Under the pieces are notes generated by a model, which worked only from the letters and a program-made list of their open reading frames with translations, was not told the origin of the DNA and ran no database searches. DNA of 39,434 nt from a virus. Taxonomy: Duplodnaviria; Heunggongvirae; Uroviricota; Caudoviricetes. Where the stretch lies: the IMG/VR virus record IMGVR_UViG_2541047689_000010, one strand, 5' to 3'. The translations under genes were made by a program, and so were the position numbers. Positions 26,218 to 34,238 of this stretch are shown here, one piece after another; within the stretch, counting starts at the first letter, position 1, and each line of letters starts with the position of its first letter.

Positions 26218-27693
26218 TTAAGCATAGGGATCGTAATCTGTGATGGCCTTGCCTTGCTGGTTCTGCTGACCGGGAATTCGCAGACGCTTCGACACAGGGA
26301 ACGCAAACGTCAGCAGTAGCGCATCGCCTTTACCAGGAGAACGCCCAAGCCGCTCTTTGATATCTTCCTTCGGTTCGATAACGATTTTACCGTCCACTCG
26401 AACTTTGTACTCTGCCGCCGACAGGTCGTCCGCTGTTTCATGGTCATCCAGCATGCCGCCAAGCCTCAGCCATGTCTTGCATGAGTTGAACATCTCCCCA
26501 CGCTTGTTGAGCATCTGCGGGTCAGTAGACGCGCCACCGAACGGAACAAGTTGCCATGTACGACCCCAGCCGTCACCGATTGACTTCAAACCGGTTCCGT
26601 AACCAAAGTCGATGAACACCGCGTCAGCCTGATACTGGTCTTCAAAGTCAGCGATACGCTTCGCCATAATCAGATCGTCGGTAGTCTTGTTTCCAGTCCA
26701 CAGCACCTTACTGTGTAGCCCCTGCCGCAGGTATATCACAGCGTCATCAACGCCGGAGTATGCCGGGTCAACGCCGATTATCACCGGAGCATGTGCAACC
26801 TGCGCAGCGGTTACCACCCGTTTTATTGCCTCGTCAGTAAGACCGGTAGGGATAAACTGCAATTCAGATGCATCAGGGAATATGCCACGCACACGGATTT
26901 TAACGAAGTCGCTGTCTTCCCCGTAGTCATCAACCCATTTCTGCAACTGCTGTTTGTTGGTACCTTCCACCGTCCGACTGTCAATCTGCGCAGTTTTCCA
27001 GCGGTGTTTATACTTGCGGAAACATTCACGGAAACGTCCGGTATTACGCGTCGGGTTTCCGAACGCCACCCAGATAATCTCAGTGTCTTCGTCCGTTAGC
27101 GCACCCTCGGCAACTTCCCACACCAGATCCGCAATGTTCGACGCTTCATCGAATACCACGATGATGCGTTTGCGCTCATTGTGTAATCCGGCGAATGCCT
27201 CAGTGTTGTGCTCAGACCAGGGGATTGCGTCAGCTCGCCACCGCTTGTCGTGCCCAGGGTCATTGCTGTACATCGCGGTAGCGGTACAGGTAAACCAGTC
27301 TTTCGTGATAGCAAGGTTCGACCACTTGATAATTTCCGGCCAAGTCTTCGTTCGTAGCTGGTTGTCGGTGTTGGCGGTCACCACGACCTTACAATCCTCG
27401 CAAGTGGACATGCCCCAGTTGATCAGCATTGAGATGAATGCGGATTTACCAATACCGTGACCAGAAGCGCGTGCCAGCATAAGCGGCTGATAGCGCGTCT
27501 CTGGATTCTGCAGGTGATCACGTATCTCTCGGAACGCATCAGCCTGCCACTGACGTGGGCCGGTGGCATGTGCCAGTTCAGTCCCCTCTTCCCCCCACGG
27601 GAACGCATAGAGGGCATAGCCAAGCGGATCGTGAGTGAACCCTGCAATATCTTCGATTAACTGCTCTTCAGGAGATAACACTGCATCTGTCAC
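26218..27693 (-). CDS. Terminase large subunit
   Basis: 491 aa; Walker A-like GHGIGKS; acidic Walker B-like IIVVFDEASN; nuclease-type C-terminal half; overlaps small-subunit gene. Confidence 0.85.
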   Translation of the reverse strand: MTDAVLSPEEQLIEDIAGFTHDPLGYALYAFPWGEEGTELAHATGPRQWQADAFREIRDHLQNPETRYQPLMLARASGHGIGKSAFISMLINWGMSTCEDCKVVVTANTDNQLRTKTWPEIIKWSNLAITKDWFTCTATAMYSNDPGHDKRWRADAIPWSEHNTEAFAGLHNERKRIIVVFDEASNIADLVWEVAEGALTDEDTEIIWVAFGNPTRNTGRFRECFRKYKHRWKTAQIDSRTVEGTNKQQLQKWVDDYGEDSDFVKIRVRGIFPDASELQFIPTGLTDEAIKRVVTAAQVAHAPVIIGVDPAYSGVDDAVIYLRQGLHSKVLWTGNKTTDDLIMAKRIADFEDQYQADAVFIDFGYGTGLKSIGDGWGRTWQLVPFGGASTDPQMLNKRGEMFNSCKTWLRLGGMLDDHETADDLSAAEYKVRVDGKIVIEPKEDIKERLGRSPGKGDALLLTFAFPVSKRLRIPGQQNQQGKAITDYDPYA

Positions 27694-28286
27694 TGATTAC
27701 CATCCTGACGTTCTTTGAGTCGCTTCCTGGCTGCCGCTATGCGATCAGCAATTGTCACATTCACATTAACATCCAGGCGCTCTTTGAACGCGTTGACGTC
27801 GACGTGCTTACCGATAAGCTCGAGGTTCTTCACCTTGTCAGGCCATTTAATTTTTTTGAGGATTGTCTCTATCGAATCCTCGTTCATGTTCATGATGGTC
27901 GATGACAGATCAAAGCCGCTAAGCGTAGTGCGCCAGATTTTCGGCCACTCGCGGATTGGCTTAAGGCTCCCATCGTCGTTGAGGATGTCGATCACGTCCA
28001 TCTGGTCGATCTCCACCAGGCGCATGAGAACGTAATCAGCACTGACGCGCATTCGTTTGTTGCGCTCCTCCATCAGCTCGGCAATCCGTTTTTGAATGCG
28101 TTCATCGCGCATCATGACACTGGCTTTAACTGCCGCTGTATTTGGGGAGAATCCTGCGTTAATCGCTGCCTGAGTCTGGTTTTCAGGCGTTTTGATGTAT
28201 GACTGGCAATAAGCCTCCTGCATTGCTGTTAGTGGCTTAAATTGCGTTGATTTGCGTTTATAGGTTTTAGGTTCAGCAGGCATCAT
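27690..28286 (-). CDS. Putative terminase small subunit
   Basis: Directly upstream of and overlapping the large terminase; start set at internal ATG because the longer track ORF would include an intrinsic terminator hairpin. Confidence 0.5.
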   Translation of the reverse strand: MMPAEPKTYKRKSTQFKPLTAMQEAYCQSYIKTPENQTQAAINAGFSPNTAAVKASVMMRDERIQKRIAELMEERNKRMRVSADYVLMRLVEIDQMDVIDILNDDGSLKPIREWPKIWRTTLSGFDLSSTIMNMNEDSIETILKKIKWPDKVKNLELIGKHVDVNAFKERLDVNVNVTIADRIAAARKRLKERQDGNQ

Positions 28287-28328
28287 AACCACCGTGGTAA
28301 TAGTTACCGTTGTGGTAATAGTACCATG

Positions 28329-28355
28329 CAAAATAAAGCCGCCATAGTTGGCGGC
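28329..28355 (-). terminator. Intrinsic terminator (minus strand) separating the early cluster from the packaging/late genes
   Basis: Minus-strand GCCGCC-AACTAT-GGCGGC followed by TTTATTTTG. Confidence 0.55.
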
Positions 28356-28396
28356 AGTATTCAAAACCCATCAAATTCATCATGCATAATCTACTC

Positions 28397-28408
28397 GTGA
28401 CATGTCAC
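28397..28408. repeat. Perfect 12-bp palindrome GTGACATGTCAC, copy 3 of 3
   Basis: Read directly; overlaps the TGA stop of 28405-28743. Confidence 0.8.
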
Positions 28409-28743
28409 ACTATTAATTTCGTTTCATGCCAGCCTTTAGTCACCCAGCATTGCGAGTCACCATTACACGGGCATGAATTAACGGGAACTCTCTCGCCGCA
28501 CTTACCGCAAAGTTTTCTGCTGATCGATTTTATACGCCCGCGCACACGTGCATCATCCTGGCGGATCAGCAGCGCGATGTACTCGGCCATTTCATAGGGA
28601 TCGCGACTAGGGCGCCGGGCGGCGCAGTTCCGCGCCAGCATTTCAATTTCCTGAGCATCAAGCACAATTTCCAGCTTACACACACCAGATGCAGCTTGTC
28701 TGGCTCTCTGAGCGGCTTTGCGCTCTGCTGCTGATTTAGCCAT
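28405..28743 (-). CDS. Cys-rich small protein (possible zinc-binding regulator; candidate late-gene regulator)
   Basis: Start at ATG (MAKSAAERK...); basic N-terminus; Cys cluster CGKCGERVPVNSCPCNGDSQC; last gene before the terminator and terminase genes. Function inferred from position only. Confidence 0.45.
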   Translation of the reverse strand: MAKSAAERKAAQRARQAASGVCKLEIVLDAQEIEMLARNCAARRPSRDPYEMAEYIALLIRQDDARVRGRIKSISRKLCGKCGERVPVNSCPCNGDSQCWVTKGWHETKLIV

Positions 28744-29017
28744 CAATATTTACCTTTATCGCGAACACCTTTACCGGTTTATCACCGAAGTGGGGATGTG
28801 TGATTGTCTTGATTTCATATCCGTCATACTGGACGTTAATTCTGCGGCTGGAGTCGTCGCGCTTCGGATATCCCTTTGTGATAATCAGGCGGTCATACTC
28901 CCGGAACATAATTCGCTTATTCCAGTAGTCATTACACAGGCGATACTCTTCCGTTTTCTCTCCGCGAATCATGGCATCGAAGTATTCACCTTTAACGGCA
29001 AGTTGCAGGTTAGCCAC
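28736..29017 (-). CDS. Hypothetical early protein (about 94 aa)
   Basis: GTG start preceded by AAGGAG at 6-nt spacing; longer TTG-initiated track ORF would overlap the upstream gene by 92 nt. Confidence 0.5.
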   Translation of the reverse strand: MANLQLAVKGEYFDAMIRGEKTEEYRLCNDYWNKRIMFREYDRLIITKGYPKRDDSSRRINVQYDGYEIKTITHPHFGDKPVKVFAIKVNIDG

Positions 29018-29489
29018 GGTTAACTCCTTGCTGTGTGGCGTCGAGTAATAAATCCCACAACCGCTGAGAGCAATTTCCGCATGTACAGCGTTGACCCACA
29101 ACGTTTATCGCGTTGCTGATTTCCGGCGTTACCTGTTTAGGAACCATAACCCAGCCATCCGGAGTTACCGGAGAGTTGCCATTTACATCGAAGTTTGGCT
29201 CTGCGTCCTGAACCAGGAGGATGTAACCATTCTTGGCTGTATCAAGTTCTAACGCCTCGGTGACGGTGCCGAAATAGCGATTACCTAAATCAGCATCACA
29301 AGTGCTTACATCAATGGAAACTTCCATGCCTTCGATTAATTCTGGTAAGTTGTAAGTTTGGTTTACAGGCTCTGCTTCCAGCGATGCCAGAGCAATTCGT
29401 GCCAGTTCCATTTGTTCGCCACGGGTAAGCCCGTTATCAAGCGGATTTTTAATGAATAATTCGATACGTTCTTTGGTAATAGTGGTCAT
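29010..29489 (-). CDS. Hypothetical early protein (159 aa)
   Basis: ATG start; compactly coupled with neighbours. Confidence 0.5.
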   Translation of the reverse strand: MTTITKERIELFIKNPLDNGLTRGEQMELARIALASLEAEPVNQTYNLPELIEGMEVSIDVSTCDADLGNRYFGTVTEALELDTAKNGYILLVQDAEPNFDVNGNSPVTPDGWVMVPKQVTPEISNAINVVGQRCTCGNCSQRLWDLLLDATQQGVNRG

Positions 29490-29695
29490 TTGTTAATCCT
29501 CAAAACTTTATGCCCGGGCGCAAAAGCACGTGTTTTGTCTTTACTTATTCGCCACCCGTCTTTACGGGCCTCTTTTGCACAACCAGACCATGACGTACCG
29601 ATATACTCACCGAAGTCTGGCACTGGATATACACCTTCCGTACACTGGCGGCAGTCACAATAGAGATGCATGGTGTAACTTGCAGCGATAGCCAT
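29486..29695 (-). CDS. Small Cys-rich protein (possible zinc ribbon; Lar-like restriction-alleviation protein is one speculative possibility)
   Basis: Start at ATG coupled to the upstream stop (TGATATG); motif YCDCRQC...SGC; identity not established. Confidence 0.4.
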   Translation of the reverse strand: MAIAASYTMHLYCDCRQCTEGVYPVPDFGEYIGTSWSGCAKEARKDGWRISKDKTRAFAPGHKVLRINK

Positions 29696-29696
29696 A

Positions 29697-30140
29697 TCAC
29701 TCTCCTTTGATGCGAATGCCTGTTGCAATGCTGTTTATGATGCTGTCAGTGCATGGGGTAGAAAGCTGGGCATCTCCAGCAATTTTCATGACATCAACAT
29801 CTGCATATCGAATACCGAGGTGTATCAGACCGGCTATACCTGACTTAAGCCGAGCATTTTCCATAAACAGATCCTTTGCCCGCTGTTTTTCTGCCTCAAG
29901 CTCAACGCGCAACTTCCCTACCGTTAGCGCAATATCCTCGTTCTCCTGGTCGCGGGATTTGATGTATTGCTGGTTTCTTTCCCGTTCATCCAACAATACC
30001 AGCGCGATATCTGGCGAAAAGTGCTTCATAAAATCGTTAAGCGCATTAATTCGCTGATCGAAAGGCATTACAGGTGCTTCACCAGCAATTTTTGTTTTTT
30101 CAGCGATTTCACGAAGCTTTTGATAATCAATCTTGCTCAC
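29697..30140 (-). CDS. Hypothetical early protein (147 aa)
   Basis: ORF with coupled boundaries; charged helical composition. Confidence 0.5.
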   Translation of the reverse strand: MSKIDYQKLREIAEKTKIAGEAPVMPFDQRINALNDFMKHFSPDIALVLLDERERNQQYIKSRDQENEDIALTVGKLRVELEAEKQRAKDLFMENARLKSGIAGLIHLGIRYADVDVMKIAGDAQLSTPCTDSIINSIATGIRIKGE

Positions 30141-30670
30141 TGGTTGCCTCCTTTGCGAAGCTTCGCCGCAAAATCAGCCGCAACCTCTTTGACCATATTG
30201 GATAGCGGAGTGCCACCTCCGAATTTTTCTGAGAACATCTCTACCCCCTGCGCCCGTACTTCAGCCAGGAAAGCATCGGTGGCTGGGGTTTCGATATCGT
30301 TAATTTCAGGAAGAATCTCTTCCCATGTAGCGATATCGCCATTCAAATGCCATCCGGCAATTCCACTGGAGTTATCCGCAACACTCCGAACGGCTTCAAT
30401 AGCTTCATGCATTGCCGCATTCTCCGCCGCCAGCGCCGAAAACTTCTCGTGTGCCAACTTAACAGCCGAATCAGCCTGCTTAATTGACTCAATCGCTTTC
30501 TGCTGGTCTTCGGCCATCGCATTAGCACGCACCAGTTGCACTTCCAGTTGCGTTGCCAAATCGCTGATCAGCTTTGCCACACTGCGCATATCAACGGCAC
30601 CACATTCTGCTTTCAGTTCCGAAGCCATCTCATGCCCGGCGGCAACTAACCCTTTGATATTACTTTCCAT
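30137..30670 (-). CDS. Hypothetical early protein (177 aa), acidic/helical
   Basis: ORF with coupled boundaries. Confidence 0.5.
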   Translation of the reverse strand: MESNIKGLVAAGHEMASELKAECGAVDMRSVAKLISDLATQLEVQLVRANAMAEDQQKAIESIKQADSAVKLAHEKFSALAAENAAMHEAIEAVRSVADNSSGIAGWHLNGDIATWEEILPEINDIETPATDAFLAEVRAQGVEMFSEKFGGGTPLSNMVKEVAADFAAKLRKGGNQ

Positions 30671-30731
30671 CTTTACCCTCGCTTATCCACATAACTTATT
30701 GATTACATTGATAACTAAAAAGATCGTCGAT

Positions 30732-31076
30732 TCAGAACTCTTCGATGTTCCAGCCACCACCTGCTTTCTTTGGTTTAACCGTTACCCCGATGATTCGGAA
30801 CGGATACTGATCTGCGGCGACTTTGGTTTTCACCCTGGCGTCGTCGGTCCAGAAACCTTTCACTTCGTGCAGTTCCATCTCGCCGGTGGCGAGCATCACA
30901 GCAAAATCTGGCGTATAGAACGTGTTGTCAGCTAACCGCAGCTTGATACCCTCAAATCGATACCAGACGATTTCTCCTGCACGTTTACGCAACTCAAGGT
31001 GCTGGCAATACGCAGATTCTGTTTTGTTCATCTGGCCTGTTTTGAGTCGACCAAGAGCCTGTATCTGTTTTCTCAT
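30732..31076 (-). CDS. Putative PD-(D/E)XK-type nuclease (114 aa)
   Basis: Motif ...YTPDFAV...MELHEVKG... fits PD-x(n)-(D/E)-x-K; first gene after an operator-flanked promoter. Confidence 0.5.
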   Translation of the reverse strand: MRKQIQALGRLKTGQMNKTESAYCQHLELRKRAGEIVWYRFEGIKLRLADNTFYTPDFAVMLATGEMELHEVKGFWTDDARVKTKVAADQYPFRIIGVTVKPKKAGGGWNIEEF

Positions 31077-31078
31077 AA

Positions 31079-31157
31079 TTTACCCCTGAGGTAATTAAAA
31101 ACCACATAAGACACGAAATCAATAGAGTTTAGAATACTTTGTTACCCAGAAGGTAAC
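31079..31157 (-). promoter_or_regulatory. Candidate regulated promoter: -35 TTGATT and -10 TTTAAT (minus strand) bracketed by two operator-like dyads (31079-31095 and 31141-31157)
   Basis: Dyads TTTACC-N5-GGTAAT and GTTACC-N5-GGTAAC read directly; hexamers 17 nt apart; proximal dyad overlaps the SD of gene 30732-31076. A weak hairpin plus A7/T7 run at 31169-31188 precedes it. Confidence 0.5.
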
Positions 31158-31193
31158 TATCAAGGCGTAAAAAAATGCGCTATCGCGCTGGTA

Positions 31194-31994
31194 TTACTTG
31201 ATAAATCCTGCCGCCTTTCCCCGCCTGTATTCCTCCATCAGCCACTGTGCCGGTGTTATTCCCCCCAATGTGGCGGCGTTAGGCATACACCCGAAACTTC
31301 GCCCTGGTGGATGGTAAACGTCTCTCCCTGTGTCCGGAGGCGTACTCATGGGTTCTGGCTTTGCCTGTATGCTGATCACCGGATCGGGTATCTGCTGTCC
31401 GGAAGCTACCTTTTTCGCCCAATCATCGAGCAGCCTGCGCGCGTGTTTCTCAACCTCAATCTCGCTAAGCTGGCGCTGATACATTGCACGGCGGGTATCA
31501 CATACGACCCTGTACATAACCGGATGTCGCCACGGGAATCTTTCGGGACCACCAGGATATAAACTTTTTTCCTTGCTGTACCGGTGAAACTCCGCCATCA
31601 CATCGTCAATGGTGACGCCAAGAACCATCTTGCTGTCTTTACACCACTTGATGAATTGCCCTGGCGACGGCCAGAACGGAGATTCACTGGCGCGGGCGTG
31701 GCGCATACCAGCAGAAACCTGTTCACGGGTTCGGATCCCCCCTTCGGCAAACGCAGCAATCCACTGCTGTTTTGCAGCAACTTCCTGCTCTGGAGTCTTC
31801 AGGTTGGTTACTACTGCCGCCGGAAACAGTTGTTTCAGCTGTTTGAAAAGGGCATCAACAAGCCTCTCTGCTGACATGTTCACCACATTGTCATTGTTGA
31901 CGTACTGATGCTCATAACCTGACATGCGAGAAAGGGCTTCTCCGTCACGGTTTTGTATCGCGGTAAAAACGTTGTTCACAAGAAATCCTCCCAC
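31194..31994 (-). CDS. Lambda P-like replication protein (DnaB helicase loader)
   Basis: Segment QLFPAAVVTNLKTPEQEVAAKQQWIAAFAEGGIRTREQVSAGMRHARASESPFWPSPGQFIKWCKD aligns with the conserved core of lambda P; true start may be the internal ATG at 31925. Confidence 0.8.
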   Translation of the reverse strand: MGGFLVNNVFTAIQNRDGEALSRMSGYEHQYVNNDNVVNMSAERLVDALFKQLKQLFPAAVVTNLKTPEQEVAAKQQWIAAFAEGGIRTREQVSAGMRHARASESPFWPSPGQFIKWCKDSKMVLGVTIDDVMAEFHRYSKEKSLYPGGPERFPWRHPVMYRVVCDTRRAMYQRQLSEIEVEKHARRLLDDWAKKVASGQQIPDPVISIQAKPEPMSTPPDTGRDVYHPPGRSFGCMPNAATLGGITPAQWLMEEYRRGKAAGFIK

Positions 31995-32767
31995 GCTTCA
32001 GGGCTGTTCCAGTGCGGAACGTTGTTATCAGGTAATGTTGATTGCTTCTGTCTGCTAATCTGCAGCCGCCTTGCCAGCTTCTGCTCCCACTGTGCCTGAT
32101 GGTATGCCTTACCCTCAGCCATCCAGTAAATTCTGAACTCTGCAAGCTCCTGTGCCGTTGGCAGACTGTCCAGGTAGATCCCCTGCAATGAGCTTTTCCG
32201 AAGAAAGTCATCTGATGGCTGCCATTGTTCATGCATGACAAATTTGCCTAATTGCCCTGGCCCACCAGGAGGAACAAAGTTATTCATCACGGCGTTGTTT
32301 GCGCCGGGGTCATGAGGCACAGAATCCCCGCTTTTTGTCCTGCTCTCCCTCTCTTGGTTAAATGACTGGTTATATGACTGGTTCTGGATCCCGTTTTTGG
32401 GATCATTCAACATCCCGTTTTTGGGTATATTCCCGTTTTCGGTAACATTACCGTTTTCGGGTTCATTACCCCCTTCCCGGTTGCCTTTAATGTTCCCGTT
32501 TTTGGTTATATTAAGAGAGAAAACCCGCACTCTTTTCGTCGCACCCTTTCTCTCTCCGGTATCTGAAATAAGCCCCATTTTCATGAGCGATATAAGCCCG
32601 GCCTGCACGGTTTTTTTATTCAGGCAAGTGTCTTTAACGAGGCGTTCTATGCTGGGGTAGCAGAGGTTATATTCATCGGCTCTGTCAGCCATCGAGAGCA
32701 GTATGAGCTTTAATGACGAGCTACCTGGATCTGTCTCCCAGGCCCAATCTGTTGCATGTCTGCTCAT
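31976..32767 (-). CDS. Lambda O-like replication initiator with internal iteron-encoded repeat region
   Basis: HTH-type N-terminal domain, central Asn/Gly-rich repeats (GNREGGNEPENGNVTENGNIPKNG) encoded by DNA iterons, position directly upstream of the P-like gene. Confidence 0.75.
   Translation of the reverse strand: MSRHATDWAWETDPGSSSLKLILLSMADRADEYNLCYPSIERLVKDTCLNKKTVQAGLISLMKMGLISDTGERKGATKRVRVFSLNITKNGNIKGNREGGNEPENGNVTENGNIPKNGMLNDPKNGIQNQSYNQSFNQERESRTKSGDSVPHDPGANNAVMNNFVPPGGPGQLGKFVMHEQWQPSDDFLRKSSLQGIYLDSLPTAQELAEFRIYWMAEGKAYHQAQWEQKLARRLQISRQKQSTLPDNNVPHWNSPEAWEDFL
32385..32512. repeat. Origin-of-replication iterons (about six copies of TCCCGTTTT(T/C)GG at roughly 19-20 bp periodicity) inside the O-like gene
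   Basis: Direct repeats read from the sequence; preceded by tandem ATGACTGGTT x2 (32361-32383). Confidence 0.6.
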
Positions 32768-32782
32768 GATTAATCTCCGCTA

Positions 32783-32983
32783 TCAGCTTGAATGTTGTGG
32801 GGAGGAATTAATCATGATCTGCTTAATCTCTGCCCTGATGCGACGGTTTGATTCCATAGTGCACTCAACACAGTGTCCGTTGTAAACCCAGCGTTCACTG
32901 TCATGTCCGTGCTTACATGGTTTTCCGGTGTAGTAGCGTTTAAGTCCGCGCTTTGCGGCATCAATACGTGTAATAATTTCCAT
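32783..32983 (-). CDS. Small Cys/His-containing protein at the cII-equivalent position; unknown function
   Basis: Start at internal ATG (MEIITRID...); motif CKHGHDSERWVYNGHCVEC. Confidence 0.4.
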   Translation of the reverse strand: MEIITRIDAAKRGLKRYYTGKPCKHGHDSERWVYNGHCVECTMESNRRIRAEIKQIMINSSPQHSS

Positions 32984-33133
32984 GGTAAGCCCTGTTATTA
33001 GTATTGGGATTACGGTCATTTTGTGCTGACACAAAAAAAAGATCAACCAGATTTGGTTTTTTATTACCTTTGAGGTACGAATAGATATGAAAAGACCGCC
33101 GGATGGCGGTCTACAGAGGGTTGTGGATGGATA

Positions 33134-33364
33134 TCATGAGTAGAAGAAGTATGCCAGTTCTGCTTTTGAGCGCAGCCATTGTCTTGTTTTACAGGCTTTA
33201 AAAAGCCCATTCATCAATACCTTACCTGGCATTTTGCGCTTACCTGTTAAGTGAGTCTGGATATAGTGACTCGTCGTTCCGGCTTCCTGTGCGAAGGCTT
33301 CACGCTCATCCGGAGTAAGTGCAAGCCAGTGCTTTTTGAAATCGAAATGTCCGTTATCGCTCAT
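33134..33364 (-). CDS. Cro-like HTH regulator (first gene of the replication-side early operon)
   Basis: 76 aa, divergent from the repressor gene across a 154-bp operator region; HTH-like segment EAFAQEAGTTSHYIQTHLTG. Confidence 0.55.
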   Translation of the reverse strand: MSDNGHFDFKKHWLALTPDEREAFAQEAGTTSHYIQTHLTGKRKMPGKVLMNGLFKACKTRQWLRSKAELAYFFYS

Positions 33365-33399
33365 AGCTATTGCCTGATATTTATTTCAGATAATAAATA

Positions 33400-33464
33400 T
33401 TCACCCATAAGGTAACAAAAATCAAGGATAGTTACCTATGAGGTGCATTTACCTGTTGGGTAAT
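33400..33464. promoter_or_regulatory. Immunity-region operators: three adjacent dyad sites (33400-33416, 33431-33447, 33448-33464) between the divergent cro-like and repressor genes
   Basis: TTCACC-cataa-GGTAAC, GTTACC-tatga-GGTGCA, TTTACC-tgttg-GGTAAT read directly. Confidence 0.55.
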
Positions 33465-33518
33465 ATTGCTTTAAATTGAATCATCTACTGATTCATATAT
33501 GAGGCGATTTTCCAGAAA

Positions 33519-34103
33519 ATGAAAAGTATCCAGGACGTCCGCAGGCAAAATCTCAACGACTTGATCGACCGTGAATTCAATGGTGTTCAGACGCGGATGG
33601 CAGAAAAACTTGGAACTCAGGCAAATCTGGTAAACCGCTGGGCTCTTGGCAAGAAGGTTATCGGCGACCAGGTTGCGCGAAAAATTGAAGCTGCCGCCAA
33701 TAAACCCCGTAACTGGCTTGATATCGATCGCTCGCTTTCTCAGGAAGGTTTTCAGCCTGTCGGCCCAAGCGACATTGGTCAGCTGGCGGCTCACAACCTG
33801 GAACGCTGGATGAGCGAAAGCCGCGACCTTTCAACGCAGGGAAAACTTCACCGCGCATCCGGCGTCGCCCAGGTGACAATCAGTCGCCTGTTAAACAATG
33901 AGGTCAGCGTTTCCATTTCCACCCTGGAGAATGTTGCATCCGCATTCGGGCGTCACGGATATGAACTACTGATTCACCCGCACGACCCTGCGACTATCAA
34001 CTATGACCGCTCGCGCTACGCATTGTTACCCGAAACCGAGAAAGCAAAGATCGAAAGTTACATTGAATTTGTCATCAACCAGAACGAAAAAAGCAAACAA
34101 TAA
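33519..34103 (+). CDS. Prophage repressor (CI-like) with two helix-turn-helix domains and no LexA-type (S24) autocleavage domain
   Basis: 194 aa; two HTH-like segments (...QTRMAEKLGTQANLVNRWALGKK... and ...LHRASGVAQVTISRLLNNEV...); no Ala-Gly/Ser-Lys peptidase motifs seen; divergent from cro-like gene; followed by a strong terminator. Confidence 0.65.
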   Translation: MKSIQDVRRQNLNDLIDREFNGVQTRMAEKLGTQANLVNRWALGKKVIGDQVARKIEAAANKPRNWLDIDRSLSQEGFQPVGPSDIGQLAAHNLERWMSESRDLSTQGKLHRASGVAQVTISRLLNNEVSVSISTLENVASAFGRHGYELLIHPHDPATINYDRSRYALLPETEKAKIESYIEFVINQNEKSKQ

Positions 34104-34124
34104 AAATATATTTTTCAGTAAGTA

Positions 34125-34150
34125 AGCCGCCTCATGGCGGCTTTTTTATT
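34125..34150 (+). terminator. Intrinsic terminator after the repressor gene
   Basis: AGCCGCC-tcat-GGCGGCT followed by TTTTTTATT. Confidence 0.7.
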
Positions 34151-34159
34151 GCCAGATAG

Positions 34160-34238
34160 ATTACCTTACGGGTAATTTTTTTAACTCATATCTATTGACA
34201 CCAAACCAAATAAGCATAATTATTACCTCAACGGTAAC
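34160..34238 (+). promoter_or_regulatory. Candidate regulated promoter of the recombination-side operon: dyads at 34160-34176 and 34222-34238 flanking a TTGACA hexamer (34195-34200); extra GGTAAC half-site at 34246-34251
   Basis: ATTACC-ttacg-GGTAAT and ATTACC-tcaac-GGTAAC read directly; -10 assignment ambiguous. Confidence 0.5.

Noticed and set aside
27690-28364. Longer 224-aa version of the small terminase ORF
   Set aside because: The extension would contain the intrinsic terminator hairpin at 28329-28355 and a poly-Thr/Val artefactual N-terminus; internal ATG at 28283/28286 preferred.
29967-30935. Plus-strand 322-aa track ORF across the early cluster
   Set aside because: It runs antisense through three coupled minus-strand genes and has Ser/Ala/Cys-rich low-complexity composition; judged non-coding.
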